From: Oscillospiraceae bacterium | Lineage (GTDB): Bacteria; Bacillota; Clostridia; Oscillospirales; CAG-272 | DNA length: 46,065 nucleotides | Assembly: GCA_015063765.1 (NCBI GenBank) | Contig: SVTN01000002.1 | Coordinates: forward strand, 1 to 46,065 | Direction: 5' to 3' | Shown: piece by piece, positions 25,603 through 34,819 of the stretch | How the letters are laid out: each line of letters starts with the position of its first letter | How positions within the stretch are numbered: the first letter of the stretch is position 1 | Position numbers and translations under genes: made by a program | The notes under the pieces: model-generated | Told to the model about the DNA's origin: nothing | The model's database searches: none | Seen by the model: only the letters and a program-made list of their open reading frames with translations

Positions 25603-26877
25603 TTACAGCTTGATCTCGATTGCGCCGAGGGGACGGATGGAGAGCATCATGCAAGCCCCTTCCCCGAATACGCTTTCGGTGACCGTCTTATAATCCTCCG
25701 CCAATTCGCGGCGCACAAACGCCTGCGTCGTACCCGCAAAGCCGCCGCCATGTACACGGTAGGCACAGCCGCGTCCTGCAAGCAGGCTTTCGGCAAGAGA
25801 GAGCGCGAGAGAAAGCCCCTGCTCCTCTACGTTCTTTACGGTGTAAACGTTTTGCAGATACTTATAGGAGGAGTCGCCCGAAGCGAGCACCGTCTGAAGG
25901 AAGCCCTCCACGTTCCCCGCCTTCAAATACGACGCCGTAACGCCCACGCGCTCGTTTTCGCGCACAAAGTGAATGGCACGCAAGAGTGCGCGGTCGCCCA
26001 CCGTTTTGCGAAGCACGGGAGCGTTGGCGATCAGATCCTGCTCCGTTATGCCGCGAAGCACCTCTTTGCCAAAGTAATTGGCAACGCGCTTCATTTCGGC
26101 GGGAACGGAGGCATAGTCCTCGTTAAGATCGGCGTGGTTGCCGCCCGTGTTGAGAATGCAAAGCACAAAGCCCGCATCGGTCAGCGAGAAGGCAATGGGG
26201 TCGATCACGGGGTTCTTCGGATCGGCAAAGTCAATATGTACAAAGCCACCGACGGCACAAGCCATCTGATCCATCAGTCCGCAGGGCTTGCCGAAATATT
26301 CGTTCTCGGCAAACTGCGCGATCTTGGCGATCTCTTCGTTGTTGATTTCTCCGCCGTTAAACAGATAGTTCATGATGTTACCGATCATGACCTCAAACGC
26401 GGCGGAGGAGGAAAGCCCCGAGCCCTTTAAGACGCGGTTTGCGGTGTAAGCCACGAAGGAGCCCGTCTGATAGCCCCACTTCTTGAAGCCGCCCACCGTG
26501 CCTGCGATCAAGGACGCAGACGAAAAATCGGCAAAGTTTTTCGCATCGTCACATTCGGAAAGCACTACCGTATCCTCGGGATACCCCTCGCTCTTGACAC
26601 GGATGATGCCGTCATCCGTAGGAGAAGCCACAGCAATGATATCGCGGTCAATGGCGGCGGCAAGCACACAGCCGTGGTTGTGGTCGGTATGGTTGCCCTG
26701 CACCTCGGTGCGTCCGGGGACGGAGAAGAGGCACGCCTCTCTGTCGCCGTACAGGCTGATAAACTCGCGGAGCACGCCCGTATAGCGCTCGGTTTGATCC
26801 GCAAGATCGGAATAGATGTTTGCGTATGCCGCAAGGGCACCGCCTTCAATTTTCGTGATGAGCTCGGATGCTTTCAT
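25603..26877 (-). CDS. Galactokinase-family GHMP kinase
   Basis: 424 aa. It has a galactokinase-type N-terminal signature ([16 protein letters not shown]) and the GHMP motif [12 protein letters not shown]. The substrate is not deducible from sequence. Confidence 0.7.
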   Translation of the reverse strand: MKASELITKIEGGALAAYANIYSDLADQTERYTGVLREFISLYGDREACLFSVPGRTEVQGNHTDHNHGCVLAAAIDRDIIAVASPTDDGIIRVKSEGYPEDTVVLSECDDAKNFADFSSASLIAGTVGGFKKWGYQTGSFVAYTANRVLKGSGLSSSAAFEVMIGNIMNYLFNGGEINNEEIAKIAQFAENEYFGKPCGLMDQMACAVGGFVHIDFADPKNPVIDPIAFSLTDAGFVLCILNTGGNHADLNEDYASVPAEMKRVANYFGKEVLRGITEQDLIANAPVLRKTVGDRALLRAIHFVRENERVGVTASYLKAGNVEGFLQTVLASGDSSYKYLQNVYTVKNVEEQGLSLALSLAESLLAGRGCAYRVHGGGFAGTTQAFVRRELAEDYKTVTESVFGEGACMMLSIRPLGAIEIKL

Positions 26878-26896
26878 GGTTTTCTCCTTGTATGTT

Positions 26897-27865
26897 TTAC
26901 AAATCGGATTTCAAATAAGCGCGGGCATGGAAAAGCGCCTCCCGAAGAAGGGCATCTGTATCCCGCATTTCGCCGTTTTCGTCGGCGAGAAGGCGAATAT
27001 GAGGCTTGGCGGAAAACCAAGTCTTTTGTCTTTTTGCATAGTGATGCGTGGCGTTTTTAAGATCTTCAAGCGCCTCTTCTCTCGAAGCCTCGCCGCGAAG
27101 GGCGGAAAGGCACTCCTTGTACCCGATGGCGGCGGCTGCCGTCGTCCCGGGGAGAAGCTTATTTTCCTTTAAAAGCCGCTCTGTTTCTTCAAACAGTCCT
27201 ACCGCCGCCATCATCTCCACCCGCGCATCAATGCGGCGGTAAAGAAGGGCGCGGTCGGAAAAATCAAGAAAAAGATTGCAGATGGAAATTCGGGGGTTTT
27301 CAAGGGATGCTCCCCTGTCGTTTTCGCTCTTGGGCTTCCCCGTCAAATGATAGATCTCCAGCGCACGAACAACGCGCTTCACGTTGTTCGGATGGATCGC
27401 CTCCGCCGATACGGGATCGACAGCGGCAAGACGGGCGTGGAGTGCGCCGTTCCCCTCGCGCTCGGCGAGGGCATGCATTTCCCGACGGAAGGCGTCGTCA
27501 CTCTCCATCGGTGCACCGTGACGGGCGGTTCTCACCGCCTCAAGGTAAAGCCCCGTTCCACCGCAAAAGATGGGGGTCTTCCCTCTCGATGCGATCTCAA
27601 GGGCTGCCTTTTCGGCAAGTGCGGCGTATTCGGCGGCGGAAAAGGATTCCGTCGGGTCAACAATGTCGATCAGGTGGTGCGCAACGCGCGCCTGCTCTTC
27701 CTTCGTTGCCTTCGCAGTACCGATGTCCATGCCGCGGTAGACCTGCATCGAGTCGCAGGAAATGATCTCTCCGTCCAAAGCCTCGGCAAGCAGAATGGCA
27801 AGTGCCGTTTTTCCGCTGGCGGTCGCACCCGTGACAGCAAGGCACTTTGCGCGTGTATCCGTCAA
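26897..27865 (-). CDS. miaA: tRNA dimethylallyltransferase
   Basis: 322 aa, with the P-loop GATASGKTALAI, then ISCDSMQVYRGMDIGTAK and PIFCGGTGLY. Confidence 0.9.
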   Translation of the reverse strand: MTDTRAKCLAVTGATASGKTALAILLAEALDGEIISCDSMQVYRGMDIGTAKATKEEQARVAHHLIDIVDPTESFSAAEYAALAEKAALEIASRGKTPIFCGGTGLYLEAVRTARHGAPMESDDAFRREMHALAEREGNGALHARLAAVDPVSAEAIHPNNVKRVVRALEIYHLTGKPKSENDRGASLENPRISICNLFLDFSDRALLYRRIDARVEMMAAVGLFEETERLLKENKLLPGTTAAAAIGYKECLSALRGEASREEALEDLKNATHHYAKRQKTWFSAKPHIRLLADENGEMRDTDALLREALFHARAYLKSDL

Positions 27866-28803
27866 AGCTCGCCCTCCTGCTTTGCGAGGAATTCTTCGAC
27901 CTCCTCGCGGCTCTTCGGCACGGAATACGCGGCACCCGCACGGCTGACGGTGATAGCACCCACGGCACAGCCGTACCGTACGGCATCGTTGATGTCGCCG
28001 CCGTTTTCAAGATACCTTAGCGTAAGGGCGGCGGTAAAGGCATCGCCTGCCGCCGTCGTATCTACGGCGCGGACAGAATACGAGGTGATAAATTTAAAAT
28101 GTCTTCCGTTACAGACAAAAGCACCTCTGTCCCCCAGCTTAATGACGATATACTCGGCGCGCACGCGGCGGAAGAGCTCCATCGAAGCGGCAAGCATACT
28201 GTCGGTGCCCGTGAGCGCAATGCCGGTATAGATCTCGGTTTCCGTTTCGTTGGGGGAGAACACCGTCAGGGGCGGAAGGCTGTCAAGCGGAAAATCCGCA
28301 CGGGCAGGACCCGCATCGAGAAAAATGGGGATCTCATGCCGATAGGCGTAGTTTGCGGCGGCAAGGATAGCGTCCTGTCCGATCTCCATTTGCAAATAAA
28401 GGGCATCGGGACAGGAAAGGAAGCCCTCCTCCACGTCGCTTTCGCTTAAATACTTGTTGGCGCCGGGATAGCAAAGAATGCGGTTTTGCCCCTTGCTTTC
28501 CACGACGACGGCGGCGCAGCCCGTCGCATGGTCCTTATCGATCACGAGATGGCTGACGTCGATCCCCACATCCTTGTAATAATCGTACAGCGTTTCGCCG
28601 TGGCTATCTCTGCCGATACGGGCACAAAAGACCGTTTCGGCACCGAGAGCGGCGAAGGTCACCGCCGAATTGGCGCCCTTGCCGCCGGGGCTGTAGGAGA
28701 TGCTTCCGTCACAAAGAAGGGTCTCCCCCTCGGCAGGCATGCTCCTTACGGGCATCGTGATGTCCATATTGGCAGAGCTGACCACCAGTACACGCTTTTT
28801 CAT
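27862..28803 (-). CDS. rbsK: Ribokinase / PfkB-family sugar kinase
   Basis: 313 aa, with GGKGANSAV and VDTTAAGDAFTAAL. Its stop overlaps the miaA start. Confidence 0.7.
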   Translation of the reverse strand: MKKRVLVVSSANMDITMPVRSMPAEGETLLCDGSISYSPGGKGANSAVTFAALGAETVFCARIGRDSHGETLYDYYKDVGIDVSHLVIDKDHATGCAAVVVESKGQNRILCYPGANKYLSESDVEEGFLSCPDALYLQMEIGQDAILAAANYAYRHEIPIFLDAGPARADFPLDSLPPLTVFSPNETETEIYTGIALTGTDSMLAASMELFRRVRAEYIVIKLGDRGAFVCNGRHFKFITSYSVRAVDTTAAGDAFTAALTLRYLENGGDINDAVRYGCAVGAITVSRAGAAYSVPKSREEVEEFLAKQEGEL

Positions 28804-28827
28804 ATCCGTACGTGTTTCCTTTCAAAA

Positions 28828-31110
28828 TTACTCAGGCATCTTGATATGCCGATAGGAAGAGAAAACGCGCTTCGCAAGCGCCCCCTCTCTCTTTGCCGAG
28901 GTGAAGAAGAAGCATTGCTTTCCCTCCTCGGTCAGCGTCCGTACCGCGCGAAGGAAGGAGAGCGCACGCTCGTCGTCCTGTCTTGCCGTGCAGCCGTCAA
29001 AGCATACGGGCGGCATCTCTTTATACATCAAATTCAACAGCGACAAGCGGAGCGCATAGTAGGCAAGGTCCTCGGTGCTGTGGCTGAGGAAGGCAACCGT
29101 TCTTTCGCCGTCGCCCTCGTCGTAGCTCACGGAAAAATCGTCCGAAACGGTGATGTCGCTGTACTTGCCGTCGGTCATTTCATAAAGGAAGCGGCAAGCG
29201 TCAAGGCTGAGTCTTGGCGAGATCTCGGCGCGCAAGCGCTCAGCGCCACCCTCGACCGCCTCATACGCCGCGGTGATCGCCGCGGCTTGCTCCTTTATGC
29301 GGGCAATGCGCCCGTCAAGAGCTAAAATACGCTCGGCAATGGCGGCAAGGCTTTCGCCGCGCTCTTCGGCGGCAAGGTCGTCAAGCAGCCCTCGCTCTGT
29401 CGTGCGAAGCGCCTTCAAGCGGTCGGTATACAGCTCCACGCCGCGGCGCAGGTCCTTCGCGTTTTGATTGCGATAACGCTTGCGGTCGTCGGGTGCAACA
29501 CGGGCACGCACGGCGATCTCATTCTGCCCCTCAAGCTTTTGTCTTAAGGCAAGCACCTCGTTCTCCGCCGCGCGATGCTCTGCGGAAAGGCGCTCGTACT
29601 CGGTCAAATATTCCTCGGCACGGAGGGCGGTATCGGAAACCTGTGTTTCGATACACTCCATGTCAAGCACAACGCCCCAACGGGCGAGGATCTCGGAAAG
29701 GCGCTTGCTTGCTAAGGCATAGCGCTCCTTGGCACGGGAAAGACGGTGCGCCGAGCGCTCCTTCTCTGCCGCCGCCTGCGAGATCACGATTCTCGCCTCT
29801 GCCGCTGCTTGCAGGCTTGCTTGGAAATCATCCTTCTTTTCCGTGCCGCAAACGGCATAGAGAGCAAAAAGGCTTCGACGGGCGCGCAATCCTTCCACGA
29901 GGAAGAGCACAAGACCGCCAAGAGTAACGATGCCCAGCACGCCAAAGAGCGCCGCAAAGGCAACCTTAGAGATCATCACGCCAAGCATGATGAAGGATGC
30001 AAAAGACAAAACACCGCAAAGAATGGCAAGCGTCAGCATCGTGCGCTCCTTTTTGAGGGCACGCGCCGCGTCACGTCGCAGGGTCGCTTCTCCCGAAGCA
30101 CCGTCCACCGCCGAAAGAAGGGCACGCGTATCGGCATCCACCGCATCCGCCCCCTCGGGAAGAAGCGCGTGTGTCGCCTCGGCGTCCTCCGCCTCGCGCC
30201 CTGTGCTGAGCGTTTCGCTCTTTGCTTCCAAAATGGATGCGATATAAGCGCGGTCGGGCAAAAAGCCCTCGGCACGGTATGCGTCCTCATGGGCGCGAAT
30301 GGCGGAAACACGTCCGCCACTTGCGTCCTCAAGGGTGTGAAGACGGTCATAGTCCTCGATCATTAGGGCGTTATAGTAGTTGGTTTCAAGCTTTGAGAAC
30401 TTCTCTACCTCGCGCTCTGCTTCTTCAATTCTCTTGCGCGTGAGGAACAGCTCCTCCTCGCGCTCATAGTGCAAGCGCTCCTTAGCGGTCGCTTCCGCAA
30501 GCTCCTCCTTCAGGTTATCGCGTTCTCTTTCCAATACGGAAGCGGCACCCGAGCCGCCTTCGCCGGCGTAAAGCTCCTTCGCCACCTCACGAAGCTGGTG
30601 CAGAGCACGCTCCGATGACAGCTTCTCATCTCCCGAAAAGAGGATGTTTTCGATGGCATCCGCCGTTTTTTCCCTTGCAACGCCGCCGCGGCGGACATCG
30701 GAAAGAAGGGCGGTATCGGTAAAGCTATCAAGCGTCACGCCAAGAAAACGCTCTCCCGGAGAAACGGCGCCCTGCTCGGCAAGGCCCGTCGTTAAATTCT
30801 GAAGCGCGTAGGTATCGCGCCAGCCGCGCTCGGTCGACTCGCTTGAGCGCTCGATGCGGTATCGCGCACCGCCCGACGTAAAGGTCATACTGCCCGCGCA
30901 AGCCACGCCCTCCCAAGGCGTGCGGTGAAGACGCTCGGAAAAGGCGGTCTTCTCCTCGGGAAAGCCATAAAGCATATAGACGATGAATGCGGCAAGCGTC
31001 GTTTTGCCCGACTCCGCAGAACCCTCGATCAGGTTAAAACCGTCGTCAAAGGTTGCTTTAAAATCGGACAGCTTACCGAAATGCCGTATATCAAGGCTCT
31101 CTATGATCAT
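28828..31110 (-). CDS. SMC/SbcC-like AAA ATPase of the YhaN (SbcE) type with a central hydrophobic hairpin
   Basis: 760 aa. It begins MIIESLDIRHFGKL and has Walker A GSAESGKTT. Long Glu/Arg/Ala-rich coiled-coil segments are interrupted by two predicted TM helices (LTLAILCGVLSFASFIMLGVMI and AFAALFGVLGIVTLGGLVLFLV). The C-terminus has the signature-like LSHSTEDLAYYALRLSL and a Walker B-like PPVCFDGCTARQDDER. Confidence 0.7.
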   Translation of the reverse strand: MIIESLDIRHFGKLSDFKATFDDGFNLIEGSAESGKTTLAAFIVYMLYGFPEEKTAFSERLHRTPWEGVACAGSMTFTSGGARYRIERSSESTERGWRDTYALQNLTTGLAEQGAVSPGERFLGVTLDSFTDTALLSDVRRGGVAREKTADAIENILFSGDEKLSSERALHQLREVAKELYAGEGGSGAASVLERERDNLKEELAEATAKERLHYEREEELFLTRKRIEEAEREVEKFSKLETNYYNALMIEDYDRLHTLEDASGGRVSAIRAHEDAYRAEGFLPDRAYIASILEAKSETLSTGREAEDAEATHALLPEGADAVDADTRALLSAVDGASGEATLRRDAARALKKERTMLTLAILCGVLSFASFIMLGVMISKVAFAALFGVLGIVTLGGLVLFLVEGLRARRSLFALYAVCGTEKKDDFQASLQAAAEARIVISQAAAEKERSAHRLSRAKERYALASKRLSEILARWGVVLDMECIETQVSDTALRAEEYLTEYERLSAEHRAAENEVLALRQKLEGQNEIAVRARVAPDDRKRYRNQNAKDLRRGVELYTDRLKALRTTERGLLDDLAAEERGESLAAIAERILALDGRIARIKEQAAAITAAYEAVEGGAERLRAEISPRLSLDACRFLYEMTDGKYSDITVSDDFSVSYDEGDGERTVAFLSHSTEDLAYYALRLSLLNLMYKEMPPVCFDGCTARQDDERALSFLRAVRTLTEEGKQCFFFTSAKREGALAKRVFSSYRHIKMPE

Positions 31111-31130
31111 AGCAAAATCCTTTCTTCGTT

Positions 31131-31847
31131 TTAGGGCTTCTCCTTGGGATCTCCCGTTAAGAATGCCGCGGCACGGATGGGAGCATCCTTGGCGTTGCCC
31201 CAGGGCTCATCGGCGTACCGATAATCAAATTTCTTACAGAAGAAGCTCACGTCCTCGCGAATTTCGTCCATATACCGTTTGACGACCTCCACCGTATCTC
31301 CCGTGAAGGCGGTGTACGTCTTTCCCGTCAATTCCTTTTTTGCCACCTCGCAAAGCGCACGGGCGTGCGGCAGGCAGAAATACGGAACGGCGGTATATTT
31401 TTTGCGGAAGCTGTCGTCGGAGGCGTACAGTGCCGCAACGTTGCGAAGCATGCGCCCCATGTGGAAGGCGACCTTACCGCAAATATAACAGCTCGACTCC
31501 GTCTTTGCGACCGCCGCCGTGAAATGCTCCGCGCGCTTTCCCGTCAAAACGGCAACGGGCGAGGGGGAAAGCCGTCCCTCAAGCTCCGCAAAATGGCTTT
31601 CAAGCATCAAGGCAAGACCGAGGCGGTTCTTCATGCCGAGCATTTTTTTGTAATGGTCGCGGCAAAAGCCCTCCGCGTTGGTTTTGATGCGAATGGCAGG
31701 CTCCATCATGGATGCGCCGAGAATAAGATCCAGCTCACCCTCCTCCAGCCGCCCTTCCAAAAGGCAAACGGGGCAGTCACAGGAAGCATTCTCTTCGGTG
31801 AGCGCTTCAAAGACCTCGTTAATCGGTATGGTATAGATCTGTTCCAT
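31131..31847 (-). CDS. Cys-rich hypothetical protein (resembles what I recall as DUF6062)
   Basis: 238 aa, 20 nt upstream of the ATPase gene. It has paired metal-ligand-like motifs: CDCPVC ... CRDH and CYIC ... CLPH. Confidence 0.5.
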   Translation of the reverse strand: MEQIYTIPINEVFEALTEENASCDCPVCLLEGRLEEGELDLILGASMMEPAIRIKTNAEGFCRDHYKKMLGMKNRLGLALMLESHFAELEGRLSPSPVAVLTGKRAEHFTAAVAKTESSCYICGKVAFHMGRMLRNVAALYASDDSFRKKYTAVPYFCLPHARALCEVAKKELTGKTYTAFTGDTVEVVKRYMDEIREDVSFFCKKFDYRYADEPWGNAKDAPIRAAAFLTGDPKEKP

Positions 31848-31894
31848 GTTTTTTCTCCTTCACGCAGGGGCACAGATTATTGCGTCGCGGATAC

Positions 31895-31923
31895 TTGATT
31901 TTTCCGCAGAAATGTTGTATAAT
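31895..31923 (+). promoter_or_regulatory. Promoter of the glycosyltransferase gene
   Basis: TTGATT (31895-31900), a 17-nt spacer, then TATAAT (31918-31923). Confidence 0.5.
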
Positions 31924-32024
31924 GTTAAAAACAGACGCGAGAATATTATTTATCACTTTATTATATAACAATTCTAAGTATTTTTCAAGCCTTAACGATA
32001 ATTTTTTTGAGAGAAAGGAAGACC

Positions 32025-33158
32025 ATGAGGGTTTTACTTTTTTCCGTTACCGCAGGTGAAGGACACAACGCCACGGCAAAGGCGATCGCGCGCTCGCTTG
32101 AGAGCATGGGCGCCGAAACCAAAATCGTGGACGCTTACCGCACCGCAGGACGGATCATGTATCACACCGTTGCAGGCGGGTACCTTCTGGTATCCTCCTA
32201 TCTGAAGCACGGCTACGGGGTCGTTTACCGCATGCTCGAGCACCGCCGCGGCAACTCCTACAGATCCTCCCCCGTGCGCCGCTCGGGGCGCTCCCTCGCC
32301 AAAAAATTCAAGCGCATCATTGATGAATACGATCCCGACGTCATCGTCTGCACCCACTGCTTTGCCGCAAGAATTCTTGATATCATCAAGGAAAAGCAGG
32401 GCATGCGTGCCAAAACGCTGGGTGTCGTCACCGACTTCACCATGCACCCCTATTGGGAGGAGGCTTTGCGGCTTGATCGCTTGATCATCCCCTGCAGAGA
32501 GCTCACCCCCCTTGCCTACAAAAAGGGCTTTACCGATGCACAGATCCGCCCCTACGGCATCCCCGTGCATCCCAAATTTGCCGCGAGCGTAGACAAGGCA
32601 GAGGCAAGACGCATTTTGGGACTTGACGCCGATCTTCCCACCCTGCTTGTAATGGGCGGCTCAATGGGATACGGCAATATGGAACGCGTGCTTTGCCGTC
32701 TTGACGGACTTGACGTTCCCTTTCAAGCCGTCGTCGTCTGCGGCAACAACAAAAAGGTGCATGACCGCATTGCCCGCCGCACCTTCGGGAAGCCTATTCT
32801 CAACCTCGGCTATACCGACAACGTTCCTCTTTTGATGGACGCCTCCGACCTCATCATCTCAAAGCCGGGGGGACTTACCACGAGCGAGGCGCTCACCCGT
32901 CGGCTGCCGATGGTCATCACAAGCCCGATCCCCGGACACGAGGACAGAAACGTTGAATTCCTGACCGAAACGGGCACCGCCGTCGCCGTCACGAAAAAGA
33001 TGCCTCTCACGGAAGCCGTCCGCATGCTCCTCTCCGATCCCCAAAGAAGAGAAGAGATGCAAAAGAGCATCGACGTCATCCGCAAGCCTACCGCCGTCCT
33101 TGATCTCTGCCGCGAGGTCCTTCTTCTTGCAGAGGAAGCGCAAACCAACCAACCGTAA
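32025..33158 (+). CDS. GT28-type glycolipid synthase (MGDG-synthase-like / UgtP-like diacylglycerol glycosyltransferase)
   Basis: Track ORF 32007..33158; ATG 32025 follows AAAGGAAG. The N-terminus MRVLLFSVTAGEGHNATAKAI is typical of the MGDG-synthase domain. The C-terminus has SKPGGLTTSEAL...PIPGHEDRN. Confidence 0.75.
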   Translation: MRVLLFSVTAGEGHNATAKAIARSLESMGAETKIVDAYRTAGRIMYHTVAGGYLLVSSYLKHGYGVVYRMLEHRRGNSYRSSPVRRSGRSLAKKFKRIIDEYDPDVIVCTHCFAARILDIIKEKQGMRAKTLGVVTDFTMHPYWEEALRLDRLIIPCRELTPLAYKKGFTDAQIRPYGIPVHPKFAASVDKAEARRILGLDADLPTLLVMGGSMGYGNMERVLCRLDGLDVPFQAVVVCGNNKKVHDRIARRTFGKPILNLGYTDNVPLLMDASDLIISKPGGLTTSEALTRRLPMVITSPIPGHEDRNVEFLTETGTAVAVTKKMPLTEAVRMLLSDPQRREEMQKSIDVIRKPTAVLDLCREVLLLAEEAQTNQP

Positions 33159-33170
33159 ATAATCAAATAG

Positions 33171-33216
33171 AAAAACCGTGATTTTGTCAACATTTCGTTA
33201 CAAAATCACGGTTTTT
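33171..33216. terminator. Bidirectional terminator
   Basis: AAAAACCGTGATTTTGT / ACAAAATCACGGTTTTT, a 17-bp stem. Confidence 0.75.
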
Positions 33217-33217
33217 G

Positions 33218-34201
33218 TTATGCCGAAGGAGAAGTTGTTTTGCTTCCCTCTCGCTTACCGCCTCTGCGTGAGCGGCGGTGTGAGCGGCGAAATTCTCTCT
33301 CGTTCGCCAGCTTTTCTCTGTATCGCGAAAGACGCTCCTCGTCCGCGCGCATGAGGATCACACGCAGGCGGAAGGTTTCGTTGATGTTGCGCTTGATGCC
33401 ACCGACGAGCATCATCTCTCCGTGCTCCTCGCACTCGTAAAGCCTTTGATACTTCTGTCCCTTTGCGTGAAGCATCGGCTCCTTGCCCACAAGGGGCTTA
33501 CCGCACATCGGGCAAACGGGGGAGGCGAACGCAGGGGTCAAAAGTGCCTTTTCTACGGTCAAGAAGCCGCGCTCTCCCGAGTCAGCATCCCCGAAGAGTG
33601 CCTCATAAAGGTAATCACCCGTTGCCGCATCGGCGGCGCGAATGCCCTCGGCAATGTTCAGTCTTTGTGCCACACGGGCAGTAAAGAGAGCGTCGTTCAG
33701 GGCGTCATGGGCAGGGAGATTCATTTCGATCCCGAAATGCTCCATCGCGTATTCAAGCGATCTCTGCCGTTTTTCGCCGTCCGTTTCGCGGTTGAACATG
33801 GGCTGCATATCGTAGTATTTGTCTAAAAAGGTGTAGGACAGCTTGTTTGCTCTCAGATTGTCAAAGAGCATCGGCATATCGTCGGGTCCCCAGGTGAGGA
33901 ACACGGCGTCGTCACCGCAAAAGCGGTGGAAGGATTCCATTGCCTCGGAAAGCGGCACGCCGTGGTCGAGCTGTGCCTGGTCAATTCCCGTCAGGCGCAT
34001 GACGTGGCGGTGGATCTTTTTATAAAACTTCGGTTTTACGGTGATGCGGTAGCTTCCGACGAGAGAAAGCGACTCGTCTAACTTCACCGCCCCGATCTGG
34101 ATCACCTCACCGCGCAGGCGGATGGACAGCTCCTTTTGCGTCGCCACCGCTTTTTCGTGGTAGGTCTGATTCCACTCAAGGTCAATTACGATATAGTGCA
34201 T
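33218..34201 (-). CDS. DEDDh 3'-5' exonuclease (DnaQ/KapD-like) with a C-terminal Cys-rich zinc-ribbon-like tail
   Basis: The track ORF starts at GTG 34228; ATG 34199-34201 (MHYIVIDLEWNQ) is an equally good start. It has ExoI DLEW, then IQIGAV and AHDALNDAL. The tail has CPMCG ... CEEH. Confidence 0.75.
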   Translation of the reverse strand: MHYIVIDLEWNQTYHEKAVATQKELSIRLRGEVIQIGAVKLDESLSLVGSYRITVKPKFYKKIHRHVMRLTGIDQAQLDHGVPLSEAMESFHRFCGDDAVFLTWGPDDMPMLFDNLRANKLSYTFLDKYYDMQPMFNRETDGEKRQRSLEYAMEHFGIEMNLPAHDALNDALFTARVAQRLNIAEGIRAADAATGDYLYEALFGDADSGERGFLTVEKALLTPAFASPVCPMCGKPLVGKEPMLHAKGQKYQRLYECEEHGEMMLVGGIKRNINETFRLRVILMRADEERLSRYREKLANEREFRRSHRRSRRGGKREGSKTTSPSA

Positions 34202-34385
34202 GAAGGCTTGCCTTTCTTTTTTAGTCACTCATCTATTCTACCACAGCCAACGCGCGTTGTCAATCCAAAAAGCGCTTTTTCTCGAAAAACCTTTTGGGAA
34301 AGCTTGTTCTATTCCGCTCTTAGGGAGAATAAAATGTCATAGGCAAAAAAAGAAAGCCGCAATCACGGCTTCCCTTTTCGAAAAA

Positions 34386-34631
34386 TCAAAACTTCGACTT
34401 CATTTCGGCAACACAGTCGGTGCAAAGGCGCTTGCCCTTGTACTCCACAAGAACCGCCTCACTGCCGCAGAACAGGCAAGAGGGCTGATATTTACGGAGC
34501 ACGATGCGGTCGCCTTCAATAAAGAATTCGATCTCATCGCCGGTTTCAATATCCATTTTACGGCGCATTTCCTTCGGGATCACAAGTCTTCCCATTTCGT
34601 CGATATTACGTACGATTCCGATGTCTTTCAT
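34386..34631 (-). CDS. AbrB/SpoVT-family transcriptional regulator with a C-terminal CxxC...CxxC
   Basis: 81 aa, MKDIGIVRNIDEMGRLVIPKEMRRKMDIETGDEIEFFIEGDRIVLRKY, then CLFCG...CTDC. Confidence 0.85.
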   Translation of the reverse strand: MKDIGIVRNIDEMGRLVIPKEMRRKMDIETGDEIEFFIEGDRIVLRKYQPSCLFCGSEAVLVEYKGKRLCTDCVAEMKSKF

Positions 34632-34748
34632 ATCAAGTTCCTTTCATCCGACGGCAGTCGGGATCGAGTATGACGCCGTTTTTCGACGCCGAGGAACATT
34701 TTAACACATCCTTCGCCGTTTTGCAATAGGCTTCTTCAAAAAAATTGT

Positions 34749-34777
34749 GAACATTTTGTCATATTTTCCCATACGCC
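34749..34777 (+). promoter_or_regulatory. Possible sigma-E-type promoter of the spoIIIA operon
   Basis: GAACATT, a 14-nt spacer, then CATACGCC, about 45 nt before the start codon. It only partly matches the kmATATT / CATACA-T consensus I recall. Confidence 0.3.
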
Positions 34778-34819
34778 ACCAAGATCCCACACGGGAAAAC
34801 ACAAAAAGGATGTGAAAAA

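Noticed and set aside
25665-25678. CGAATACGCTTTCG as a LexA (Cheo-box) operator upstream of recA
   Set aside because: It only partly matches CGAAC-N4-GTTCG because both inner conserved positions differ. It is not a true palindrome and lies inside the coding region of the upstream kinase gene.
24827-25693. 288-aa plus-strand ORF
   Set aside because: It is antisense to recA.
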